Shown: piece after piece, positions 12,907-25,052 of the stretch | How positions within the stretch are numbered: position 1 is the first letter of the stretch | Layout of the letters: every line of letters begins with the position of its first letter | NCBI GenBank assembly: GCA_964016885.1 | Contig: OZ024740.1 | Location: forward strand, 133,796,001-133,860,000 | Reading direction: 5' to 3' | DNA from: Eledone cirrhosa | Lineage: Eukaryota | DNA: 64,000 bases | The notes under the pieces: generated by a model | What the model saw: only the letters and a program-made list of their open reading frames with translations | Database searches by the model: none | Told to the model about the DNA's origin: nothing | Position numbers and translations under genes: made by a program

Positions 12907-15900
12907 CCTACTTCAGTTCCACAAAAGTGGCGCAGGGGTGACTCTGGCTGTCTGATAGCTATGGCAGCGGGACTCAATGTCCTAGAGATGATTCGTCATC
13001 TTCTAGAGTTCAAAAGCTAGCTAAACTGAAGAGGTACCAGCCTGCCCGCCCAGCCAGTGGGATGGCGTCATCTTATGGTTAAAACAGCACGAAGAAAAGG
13101 GCCTTAGTCCCCTGTGCATCAATCGGGCCACTCCACGACGGCGGAGTACAACTCGAGCGACGAGAGGCTGCTAAGAATCACAGGTTCCCGAAGGCCACCA
13201 AGGAACAGGACTAACCTTGCCATATGCACCTACAACTGCAGGTCTTTGGCAGGGGGGCAGGACTGAACCACCTAATGGAGGAGAAGAAGAGGATCATGTG
13301 CGACGTGTTGGGGCTGTGCGAGACCCGCCAGAAGAAGGAGGCGAGTTCGCGATGGCAAGATGGATGCGCCTTGAGACTCGGGAAAGCAGAGGGTGCCAGA
13401 TCGGTCGGAGGTATAGGGTTCATCGTAAGTAAGGAATGGGCTTCGAAGGTCGCTTCTTGCCAGTTCATATCGTCACGGAATGGTGTACTGAACGTGAACC
13501 TCTCAGAGAAGGCCACCCTCAAGATCGTCCAGACCTACGCTCCCACAAGTGCTAGCGATGACGATGAGGTGGAAGAATTCTATCGCCAGCTAGACAAAAT
13601 GCTAGCTGTGAAGTCCACTTACACCGTCGTGATGGGAGACTTCAACGCAACGGTCGGACAGGGACGGCAAGGAGAAGAGTATGTCGGAAGATTCGGCCTA
13701 GGAGAGCGAAATGAGAAAGGAGAGCGTCTGGTCACCATGGCGGAGGCGAGATGGCTCTACATCGGAAACAGCATATTCAAGAAGAAGAAGGAGAAGAGAT
13801 GGACCCGGGTATCGCAAAATTCAGAGCACCGAAACGAGATTGACTACATCTTGGTCGACAAGCGACGCATACTACAGGACGTCTCCATCATAATGCCATC
13901 CAAAACTGGCAGTGATCATCGTCTGGTGAGGGCGAGGGTCGCCATCGACCGGACGAGGGAGAAGAAGGCGCTGCATTTTGGCGTCGAAAGGAGAACGCGT
14001 CCGGGTCTTCAACGAGGTGCATCTGCAGGAAGCTCTTATGCAGGAAAAGTAGCGTCAAGGAGACGGCATAGACGCTGACTACGACTCACTGATAAAGAAA
14101 CTGAAGGAGTGTTTGAGGAAGGCTAAGGGTGTGTGTCCGAGGGAGCGGAAGGGAAGAGTCTCGGAGCAAACTATGAAGTTGCTTGAGAAGAGGAAGAATA
14201 TGAAGAGGGCACCTGAAGATCACCTCGAATATTCCCTTCTCAGCAGAGTGATACGTCAACAACTGAAGAGAGACTTCCAGGCATACCGGATGGAGAAGCT
14301 CCTGAAGGCGGCAAAGGAAAAGAAGAGCCTCAAGAAATGCGAAAGGGTCATGACAATGTACAGATCGGAGGTGACGACCCTGAAAAACACAGCTGGAGTA
14401 CCGGTCAGCGACAAGAGTGAGGCGGAAAAGGTTTGCGAAGACTTCTACACCAAGCTCTTCAAGTCTGCCGGGAATGTGCAGCCGTTGCCGTCACTCCAAC
14501 AGGAAGAAAATGTGCCACCCATCCTTGTCGGTGAGGTCGAAAGAGCCGTCGGCTTGATGAAAAGCGGAAAGGCGCCAGAGAAAGACGGCATAACATCGGA
14601 GGTGTTGAAGTCAGGCGGAGAGCAGCCCTGGAAAATCCTCGCCGAGCAATTCACACTATCTGGACGAGGGAAGAATACCCTCGCAGTTGAAAGAGTCGAA
14701 TACCATCCTGCTATACAAGAAGGGCGATAGAGAAGATCTGAAGAACTACCGACCCATATGCCTGCTGTCTCACGTGTACAAGCTGTTCACGAAGATAATC
14801 TTGAGCAGGTTATCACGTCATCTGGAGGAACAGAAACCGAGAGAGTAAGCCGGCTTCCGGAAAAACTACAGCACGATGGACCACATATTTACCCTGACAC
14901 AACTGCTTGAGCGAGCAAAAGAGTACAAGATGGCTCTTTGCGTCGCGTTCGTAAACTACGAGAAGGCCTTCGACAGAGTCGAATTCAACGCAGTGCTGAA
15001 CTCTCTGCAGAGGCAAGGAGTCGTGGCGCAATACGTTCAACTGCTCAGGAAGGCGAGTTCCGGATGCACCACCGACATAGCTCTGCTGTCATCACCCGTA
15101 CAAGTGCCGGTCGAGAAGGGAGTGAAGCAAGGAGATACGATCTCTCCAAAACTTTTCACCGCGTGTCTCGAGAAGATCATGAGAGGCATTGACTAGCAAG
15201 GCGGTGTCAACATCAACGGCGAGATACTTACCCACCCCCGTTTCACTGTTGACATCGTACTCATCGCTGAAACCACGGATCAGCTTCAGACCATGCTGAC
15301 GGAGCTCGACAGCAAAAGCTCTGCAGTAGGCCTGAAGATGAACCGCATGAAAACGAAGTTCATGCGGTCCGACAACGTACCAACAGGTCGAATGGTGGTT
15401 GGCGGTTATGAAATAGAGGAGGTCGAGGAATACGTCTACCTGGGAAAAGAAGTGAACATGCGCTGAGACATTTAGAGGGAGATCTCGCGGAGAGTAAGGG
15501 CCGGATGGAAGGCGTTCAACGGCATAAGGGATGTGTTCAAGGGGAGGTTGGATACAACCACCCGCGCCAACCACTTCAATAGCACAGTTTTACCTGCAAT
15601 GTTATATGGCAGTGAAACTTGGTCTACAACGAAGAGAGAAGAGCAGAGCTGGTAACGGCTCAAAGAGCCATGGAGAGATCAATGCTAGGAATCGCGTTGA
15701 GAGAGCACACCAGGAGCGAAGTCATCAGACAGAAGTCCGGCGTGAGGGACGTCATCACGGAATATATGCGTAGCAAGTTCAGATGGGCTGGACACGTCGC
15801 CCGGTTCACGAGATAATGGGTGGACCCGCGCAGTTGCCGAGTGGTACCCGCGCAAGCGGAAACGACCTCTCGGAAGGCCTCCAAGAGGGTGGAGTTACGA

Positions 15901-16018
15901 TTTTAGGAATACGATTGGGAATACATGGATGAGGAAAGCACGATCCAGAGAGGAATGGACGGCGTGCTGTGACCAGCGGTGCTGAATGGACGCTCGACAG
16001 ACTGGTCGGTCAAGGTGA
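12904..16018 (+). mobile_element. Near full-length RTE-clade LINE (APE endonuclease + reverse transcriptase), inactivated by frameshifts and stops
   Basis: EN motifs CTYNCRSL, LGLCETR, QTYAPT, VMGDFNA, EIDYIL, GSDHRLV. RT motifs NYRPICLLS, MDHIFTL, YEKAFD, KGVKQGDTISPKLF. RTE C-terminus KFRWAGHVAR..GRPP. The coding region is split over several frames (ORFs at 13224, 14113, 14876, 15619). Flanked by (TA)n on both sides. Confidence 0.95.
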
Positions 16019-16054
16019 TATATATATATATGCATGTGTGTGTGAGAGTGCGTG

Positions 16055-16120
<66 letters not shown>

Positions 16121-16200
16121 GGTAAACAGAAATAACAACACAATCGGTACATTATATGGAAGGAATATATTAGGTTAACGCTTGAAATAGCAGGAAGAGG

Positions 16201-16240
16201 CTCTTAACGTTTCGGACGCTATTCCTTCATTAGAAGAAAG
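16201..16240 (-). ncRNA. Degenerate minimal hammerhead (PLE pLTR type)
   Basis: Reverse complement: TTCTT CTAATGA A GGA ATAGCG TCC GAAACGTT AAGAG. The core has G5>A, so it is probably inactive. Confidence 0.5.
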
Positions 16241-16325
16241 AATGAGAATTAAGATAAATTGAAGGGATGGGTGGTGGGGAATTGAAAAAAATATCTTTAG
16301 ATAAAAATAACAGGTCCATTCATGT

Positions 16326-16397
<72 letters not shown>

Positions 16398-16399
<2 letters not shown>

Positions 16400-16519
16400 C
16401 CAACCAACCAACCGGAAATTTATAAATTCCTAAATTTATAAATTAATTTTTATAATAAATTGAAGTGAAAGCAACTGATGCGTGTGTTTCTTAATGGCAA
16501 CCTGACTCTCCCAAAGTAT

Positions 16520-16525
<6 letters not shown>
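16398..16525 (+). mobile_element. Isolated 3' terminus of the PLE family seen at 20270-21310
   Basis: CCAACCAACCGGAAATTTATAAATTCC..GGCAACCTGACTCTCCCAAAGTATAACAA matches 21185-21310 and is flanked by (TA)n. Confidence 0.7.
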
Positions 16526-16604
<79 letters not shown>

Positions 16605-16849
16605 TATGTATGTATACGTACATACATATATGTATACAGACGTACAGTAGCACGCATATATATATATATATATACATATATACACATATGCATACAGGTA
16701 AACATACATATATGCACGCATCAGTTTAGCCGACGTTTATTATAACGCCTGCTTTGTTCGTTTGTTTGTCAACAAATCGAACAGCCTGAATTTATGCCAT
16801 ACGGTGTTAAGGCAACCACGTCACCTTTTTGTTCAACAATGACACAGGA

Positions 16850-16892
16850 ACGATGTACTAGTTTCAAGCTTGTTAGCTATCATCAGCACCGT
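16850..16892 (-). ncRNA. Type I hammerhead ribozyme
   Basis: Reverse complement of the motif at 17238-17280. Confidence 0.85.
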
Positions 16893-16942
16893 TTACCCAT
16901 CTGCCAGATAGTTGAACGTTCGAAACTGTATGCATATGTGTA

Positions 16943-17006
<64 letters not shown>

Positions 17007-17237
17007 TGCTACTGTACGTCTGTATACATATATGTATGTACGTATACATACTTACTTTTAAGTAAGTGCCATACTAAGAGTGAGAAATGAAATTTCGTTT
17101 TCATTTTTTTCAACTTATCGTTTTCGGTATGCCTGACCGATTTAACTCACTCAATATGCAAATTAGGCTGCTCAGCCGTTAATTTTCATAAGGAAAGTAT
17201 ATACTTTCGAACGTTCAACTATCTGGCAGATGGGTAA

Positions 17238-17280
17238 ACGGTGCTGATGATAGCTAACAAGCTTGAAACTAGTACATCGT
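17238..17280 (+). ncRNA. Type I hammerhead ribozyme
   Basis: ACGGTG CTGATGA T AGC TAACAA GCT T GAAA CTAG TA CATCGT: 6-bp stem I, stem II with TAACAA loop, palindromic stem III ACTAGT, GUA site. Confidence 0.9.
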
Positions 17281-17449
17281 TCCTGTGTCTGTGTTGAACA
17301 AAAAGGTGACGTGGTTGCCTTAACACCGTATGGCATAAATTCAGGCTGTTCGATTTGTTGACAAACAAACGAACAAAGCAGGCGTTATAATAAACGTCGG
17401 CTAAACTGATGCGTGCATATATGTATGTGTACCTGTATGCATATGTGTA

Positions 17450-17482
<33 letters not shown>

Positions 17483-17735
17483 GCGTGCTACTGTACGTCT
17501 GTATACATATATGTATGTACGTATACATACATACTTACATTTAAGTAAGTGCCATACTAAGAGTGAGAAATGAAATTTCGTTTTCATTTTTTTCAACTTA
17601 TACATATATATATATATATATGTATGTATGTATATATATGCTTGCGTGGGTGTGTAAGTAAAGTTATACCGATATATATATAAAGTAGTATAGAGATAAT
17701 CGAGACTGCGTAAATGTGTATATATATGTATATAC

Positions 17736-17821
<86 letters not shown>

Positions 17822-17825
<4 letters not shown>

Positions 17826-18490
17826 CTAGAAATATATTATAGTTTGCTCCTCCTTTCTCACTAAATATTAAAACCCCTCTTGCTAAACTATTCTTTAAAG
17901 CTCTTGACACCCGCTTCCCTAGAACACATAAATATTACTCAGTTTTTAATAGACACACTATAAAATCAACTTACTCGTCCACCAAAAATTTAGCACAAAA
18001 TATTAATAGAATTAATAATATGAATTTAAAACCTAACCAAAATACCAATAATAACCCAAACAATATTCAATTAAATAACTGTAACTGTAGAAATAAATTT
18101 AACTGTCCGTTAAATAACAATTGCTTAGCTAAAAATGTAGTGTACAATTGTAATGTTAAAACTAATTTAAATTCATTTAACTATGTTGGTTCCACCTCTA
18201 CAGAATTTAAATTTCGCTTCAATAATCATAAGAATTCTTTCACAGATCCAAACAAAAAATCTTCAACTTCGCTATCTAGCCTACTATGGGACCTAAAACG
18301 AGATAATATTAAATATTCGATGAATTGGAATATTATTTCATAAGCTACTCCTTTTAATTCCTCTTCAGAGAATTGTGATCTTTGTATTGAAGAAATATTC
18401 TTTATATTAAAGTCCAAAAATTCCCTTAATCTAAGGAACAATTTATTCAGTTGCTGCAGACATAGATTGAACTCAACGTTTAAATATAAA
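17822..18490 (+). mobile_element. Penelope-like element fragment (linker + GIY-YIG endonuclease), pseudogenised
   Basis: [71 protein letters not shown]. Homologous to the 36.5-kb and 45.5-kb PLEs. Confidence 0.85.
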
Positions 18491-19799
18491 TATAAATTTA
18501 AAATGTAGTTTAAATAATTAAGTAATTTTAGTTAATATATGGAACCTGTCGATAAATCATTAGCTTCCTTCACCTTTTTCTTTTTAAACTTTCTTCCTAA
18601 ATATAAACAAGGATATAATAAACTACTCTAAAATGTCTATACTTCCAACGTATTAAATAAAATATACGCAAGGTAAATTTCTATACTAAATATAAGGTTA
18701 TCTGTAGAATAATAGGGTTTTTTTAAATCTTTTAAATTATTTTTATTTATTTGTTTTGATTATGATAGCTTCTCATAACTTTCATATGTCTACCCTTTCA
18801 ATATCTTGATTGAGATATACGTAGGATAAATTCTATACTAAATATATAAAACATATTATTTTAACTTATGATACTCTATAGTGTTTTTAAAGATATTTAA
18901 TGCTTTGATATTTCTAGATTTCTTTTGTCTATACTGATATAGCTGCATTTCCAAAATATACTCCTTTGGTATTTTAAATTTATTTTGTTATGGTTATGTT
19001 TACAAGTTATAATCCTTTAGTAATATATTGATATTTGATTATCTCTATGCAAATGCATATGTGTATATTAACATGCATAAAAAGTGTTATAGATTTTTTT
19101 GTGTTATATATGTCTGTATACATACATGAGTGATGCGTGACGACGCACGCAAATATTTATTTATACATATGTATGTGTATATATGTATGTGTATATATAT
19201 ATGTGGTTGGGAGGTATGTTGCAGATATGCATAATATTAAACACATGAATTGTAATCGTATATATGAGGACATGAATGTTAATCGTATATATTTGTGTAT
19301 ATATACTGTGAAATTTTTATAACACAAAGAATGTATAGCAGTGATTAAGAGAAATCATTTACGTTTTGTATGGCTATATTGTTGGCCTGAGTTAAACATA
19401 ATTTCTATTTTCAGGACGTGCGTATCTATATGTATCTATATATACATATATATGTGTATGTCTTTGCATAAAATACTGATCTCTATAGCAAGGGTACATT
19501 TTGAACTCAGATTTTGATATATTGATCTCAAGTTTCTAAACTAAACATATAGTCATTATTGAACAATGTTTAATTTCTCATATTATATATCTATGTCCCA
19601 TTCATGAATATTGATACTTATATTTTTATTATTCATCTCATATAAATTGTTAACTCAACTTAATATGACATGACGTAAAGTGTTCATTGTCCCTCCCCCC
19701 CTCTCTCTCTCTATATAGTATTTCTCTCTCTTGAGTTTTTCTCTCTGTATGATGACTTGATATATCTCTGTTGCTTTCCTTTGTTTTTCTTATTTCTTC

Positions 19800-19805
19800 C
19801 TTTTT

Positions 19806-19839
<34 letters not shown>

Positions 19840-20080
19840 ATTTATTTTTTATTTTTTATTTTTTATATTTTATTTTTTATTTTTTATTTTTTATTTTTTA
19901 TTTTTTATTTTTTATTTTTATTTATTTTTTATTTTTTATTTTTTATTTTTTATTTTTTATTTTTTATTTATTTTTTATTTTTTTATTTTTTATTTATTTT
20001 TTATTTTTTATTTTTTATTTTTTATTTTTTATTTTTTATTATTATTATTTTTTATTTATTTATTTTTTTTTTTTTTTATT
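19800..20080. repeat. T-rich (TTTTTA/TTTTTTA)n minisatellite
   Basis: Direct tandem repetition. It is the source of the spurious FFIFYF ORFs. Confidence 0.9.
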
Positions 20081-20352
20081 TCCTCCTATTTTTATTTATC
20101 TCTTTCTTTTCTCCATACATTTCTCTCTCTCTCCGATATTTCTCCAGGTTTTCTTTCTTTCACTCTCTCCGTCTTTGTTCTTTTCTCTCTCTCCGTCTTT
20201 TTTCTTTTTCTTTATCTCCGTCTTTTTCTAATTGTGCTTAACACTATGACTTATTAAAACAAAATTTATAAATTTATAAATTTATAAATTTAGGAATTCA
20301 TAAATTTCCGGTTAGTTGGTTGGTTCCACAACCAGACGATTGTTCGTATATT

Positions 20353-20395
20353 GTCAAAGTTCTTTCGTCACACATTATGTGACCTCTTCAGTGAC
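20353..20395 (-). ncRNA. Minimal type I hammerhead ribozyme
   Basis: Reverse complement: GTCA CTGAAGA G GTCACA TAATG TGTGAC GAAA GAAC TT TGAC. Confidence 0.8.
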
Positions 20396-21112
20396 TGGGG
20401 ATTCTTTTGTTTGTTTTTGTGCTTCTCCTTTGTTCTGTCCTACGCCATCTTGTTTTTGTGTGTGTTGTGTGCTTAGTTTGCGCATGTGTTACATCCGGGT
20501 GTCTGTGTGTGTGTTTATATTTGTTTATTTATTTGTTTATTTACATGCTACTGGTTGTAACATTTTATAAACTAGAAATGTAGTATATAGCATAAGATGT
20601 ACTGAAGGACAATGTAGAGATACAAATAGGTGAGACAGCTCGTAGTATAGGGGAACGGATAAATGAAAACTGGCGAGAGCTTCAAGATAGTAAAGAATCA
20701 TCTGTACTCGACCAACATGCTAAAATAGAACATAAATTAAAGAACATAAATTAAATAGAACGTAAATTAAAGAACATAAAAATAAAAATAGAATCTACAC
20801 ACAGAAAAGACGCAATGTTTAGACAAATCACAGAGGCAATAAACATAAATGAACTCCAACCAAAATTAAATAGAAAACATGAATGGAATAGCAACATCAC
20901 AACTTACAATTAAGGACAAAATGAAAACGCACACACACATAGAACAAACAACCAACCAGTAACATGTAAATAAACAAATAAATAAACAAATATAAACACA
21001 CACAGACACCCGGATGTAACACATGCGCAAACTAAGCACATAACACAGACAAAAACAAGATGGCGTAGGACAGAACAAAGGAGCGGCACAAAAACAAAGA
21101 AAAGAATCCCCA

Positions 21113-21155
21113 GTCACTGAAGAGGTCACAGAATGTGTGACGAAAGAAATTTGAC
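21113..21155 (+). ncRNA. Minimal type I hammerhead ribozyme
   Basis: GTCA CTGAAGA G GTCACA GAATG TGTGAC GAAA GAAA TT TGAC. Confidence 0.75.
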
Positions 21156-21367
21156 AATATATGAACAACCGTCCAGTTATGGAACCAACCAACCAACCGG
21201 ATATTTATGAATTCTTAACTTTATAAATTTAATTTATAATAAATTGGAGTGAAAGTAACTGGTGCGTGTGTTTCTTATTGGCAACATGACCCTCCCAAAG
21301 AATAACAATATCGGTTTCAACACACGTTTTCAGATAAAGAATCTTGCTAAACAAATTCAGAAAAGAA

Positions 21368-21392
<25 letters not shown>

Positions 21393-21398
<6 letters not shown>

Positions 21399-22352
21399 TA
21401 AGAGGAATTCCAACTTTGTCTGATTTACTCGTTTTATTTACAATCCTTTAAAATATATATAATGGTATTATAATGAAATAGTATGATAGAATATTAAATT
21501 CTAAGTGTTAATTGAACAAGTACTTTCATGCTTTCGCAAACTTCAGGTTCATGAAATGTGGTGACAGTCGAGTTTGCAATTTTCAACTGTAATGAGATGG
21601 GTAAATTTCCTACCTTTTATACATTTTATACAGAGAAAAGTGGCTCCAGAATGCAAAGCCCTGTAAACTGTATTTCGACCAATCAGTGTGTAGTTTCACT
21701 GAATTACTACAGCTGATTGGTTTAAGTGTCACGGCTGGTTGAGCATGCTAACGACCAATAGACATATCCAACGTGTCAATTGTTTTGCTTTTTGAAATGA
21801 TGAAAATAGCATTTTCTATTAATCATCACCATCAACATCACTTTTATTATTATTATTATTATTGTTGTTGTTGTTGTTGTTAGTGGTCGTGGTCATAGTG
21901 GTAGTAGAAGTAATACCCATAGGCGTTATTATTGTTCATTTAGCTTGGGTTTGAATTTATCAATAAAATTCTTTTCTTTGATTTTTCTCTTGATTTCACT
22001 TGGGCTGTGTAATTTGTAGAATGGGAATATTATAAATATTCCCTGACCACATGTTGCCAGGTGGCCGCTTAGGGGTATCTGACGGACATTTGGGTCTCTG
22101 ATTCGTTGACGGTGTACCCGTGCACGTTCCGATGGTGCATTTCCAGTTTGACCGACATATAGTTCTTCACGATTCGGGCATTTAATGCAGTAAATTAGAT
22201 TTCTGCTTTTGCAGTTCATACTTGCATTTGGGAATATTTTTCCAGTTTTTGTTTTCATATATTGACCGGCGTGTATGGATTGACATGTGCCACATCGATT
22301 ATCATTGCATTTAGATACAGTGAATGATTGGTCTTTGTTGTTAAGGTCAAAC
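21393..22352 (-). mobile_element. PLE 3' fragment (Neptune-like Cys linker + GIY-YIG + pLTR), near-identical to 40725-41680
   Basis: ORF 21929-22354 reads [48 protein letters not shown]. The HHR at 21514-21550 has core CTGAAGT (A9>T). Confidence 0.9.
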
Positions 22353-22388
22353 ACATATATATATGTGTTTATATATATATATGTGTGC

Positions 22389-22450
<62 letters not shown>

Positions 22451-22470
22451 TTATATATATATATGTGTGC

Positions 22471-22524
<54 letters not shown>

Positions 22525-22644
22525 TTATATATATATGTGTGCGTGTATATATATATATATACATATATATATAAATATATATACATATATATATATGTAA
22601 ATGTATATATATATATATGTGTGTTTATATATATATATGTGTGC

Positions 22645-22709
<65 letters not shown>

Positions 22710-22735
22710 TATATAAATATATATATATGTAAATG

Positions 22736-22767
<32 letters not shown>

Positions 22768-22784
22768 AATATATATATATATAT

Positions 22785-23828
22785 CTATCTAAGGCGGGTA
22801 AAATTCCCGAGATCCATGGACGAGTTCTCTCCAGCGGTCTCTGTCCCTCATTATCGCTGCCATGTCCTGCGTCTCCAACAGACCAGTGTCTGTCCTTAGG
22901 GCATCAACATATGTTAACCTTGGTCTTCCTCTTCCAGTGTGTCCATGTAGGGGCTCCCAAAGGAGCACGGAGTGCAATGTCAACTCTGGATGCCGGTGAG
23001 CATGTCCAGCCAACCTCAGTCTCCTCTGTGTCACTTTTGAGCTGACTTTTGGGAGGCTCCCATACAGCTCTGAGTTTTTCATCCTCAGTGTATACTGATT
23101 AATGTTCAGAGCCATCCTCAGCATTCTCGTGTAGCACCCATCCACCATCTGAGTGAGTCTCTTGGTCAGTGTCCAAGTCTCAGACCCACACAGCAGCACA
23201 GACTCCACTACAGCAATGAAGAGGCGGATTTTCAGGTCTCTACGAAGGTCCGACTTCCACACCGATCTCAAGCTGTGGCACGCCGCCCAGGCCTTGCTCT
23301 TCCTCTCAACCACATCATCTTCCGTATTCCCAATCTTTGCTCCCAAATACAGGAAGTCCTCAACCAATTCCAGCGGCTTCCCGCCTACATTAGTGATCCC
23401 CTCTGGCTTCTCAACATTCTCTACCAGATATTTTGTTTTAGTCTCATTCATTCTCAGCCCCACACTCATCGACACAGTCTCAACCTCCCGCATCAAATCC
23501 TCTGCCTCCTTCACTGTATTTGTCACCAAAACTATGTCGTCGGCAAATTCAGCATCCGATACCTTTTTCGCCCCAACTCTCCTGCTCTGAGCCGGTGCTA
23601 CAGTAAAGCCAGAGTCCTGGTGTTTCTCCAGTGCAAGGCGCATACAATAGTCCACTACGATGACAAAAAGGTAGGGAGCCAATGTATCTCCCTGGAGCAC
23701 TCCAGCCAGTATCTCAAAGAACTCTGTCATCCCATCAGGTGTAATGAATTGGGCTTTGGTGTTGGTGTAGAGCAGTGATATCAGGTCCACTATCCTCTTG
23801 GGGATTCCATAAGCCCGCAAGATCTTCA
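22785..23828 (-). mobile_element. 5'-truncated RTE/RTEX-like LINE (RT C-half, open frame), (TAGA)n tail, inserted in (TA)n
   Basis: [50 protein letters not shown]. The stop codon is immediately followed by ATAGAT and (AT)n. Confidence 0.92.
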
Positions 23829-23884
23829 TATATATATATATAAATATATGTATGTATACATATATATATATGTAAAATATATAC

Positions 23885-23941
<57 letters not shown>

Positions 23942-24178
23942 TTATATATATGTATAATATATACATATATATATATATATGTATAATATATACATATTAT
24001 ATATATATATATATATATACATATTATATATATATGTAATATTTTTTCTCTCTCTATATATATATCATCTCATATTTGCGTGAGGGTGTTTCTCTTGTGA
24101 GGTCCTGCTCTTAAGCTCTTCTGAGCGTTTCTTATCACCACTGTTATGTATATATATATATATGTATATATTGATATA

Positions 24179-24230
<52 letters not shown>

Positions 24231-24252
24231 TATATATATATTAATATATGTT

Positions 24253-24368
<116 letters not shown>

Positions 24369-24387
24369 AGTATATATATATACATAT

Positions 24388-24446
<59 letters not shown>

Positions 24447-24640
24447 CGTATATATATATATATATATAAATATATATATACATATATATATATAAGGATT
24501 AGAATACTGGAGCGTGTTTGAGTCAAACACCCTCTTCGTATTATAGAAATGACAGTAAAAGGTATAGCTCAATGCAGTTAAACAGAGCCGAAAAATTAAG
24601 AGAGTAAAACAAAGAATCCTTTAATACATCAAAAGTTTTT

Positions 24641-24686
24641 ATTAGCCGACAATGTTTCGTCCTATTAAGGACTCATCAGGGCAATC
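24641..24686 (-). ncRNA. Minimal type I hammerhead ribozyme
   Basis: Reverse complement of 27343-27388. Confidence 0.9.
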
Positions 24687-25012
24687 AAACAACAAGAAGT
24701 AATTTCGGCAGATACAAACCAGAAACTCTGAAGAATATGGGGTTTACATATACTAATGTCTTACAAGGATATACGATAAGAAAAATGAGGATAAAACTAT
24801 AATAACTAAGGATGTAGATGACATTAAGAACCATATTACAAATATGGTCCAAAGTCACCAACTTAAATCTAAACAAATTTGGTTATATAGAACAGGAATT
24901 ATATATAACACAGTATAATACATTCTAATACATTCTAATAATAATATATCTATACCAACACTGAAATTCCAAATCAAAAATCAAAAGGTGCAATATATAC
25001 ATGTATATATGT

Positions 25013-25052
<40 letters not shown>

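Larger units (their letters stand above)
16600..17600. mobile_element. Second retrozyme-like family (~480-bp unit): an inverted arm plus ~1.2 tandem units
   Basis: GTGCCATACTAAGAGTGAG occurs at 17066 and 17549 (period 483). 16600-16925 is the reverse complement of 17207-17540. Each unit carries one HHR. Confidence 0.8.
20270..21310 (+). mobile_element. 5'-truncated PLE (GIY-YIG remnant + pLTR) with an inverted copy of its 3' region at the 5' end
   Basis: 20570-20890 gives NVVYSIRCTE..IGETARSIGERINE..FRQITEA..NRKHEW. 20281-20557 is the reverse complement of ~20953-21232. Each arm has an HHR. Confidence 0.8.

Noticed and set aside
23153-23778. Plus-strand ORFs of 145 and 167 aa (similarly 15092-15574 minus)
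   Set aside because: They are antisense shadows of LINE RT coding sequence.
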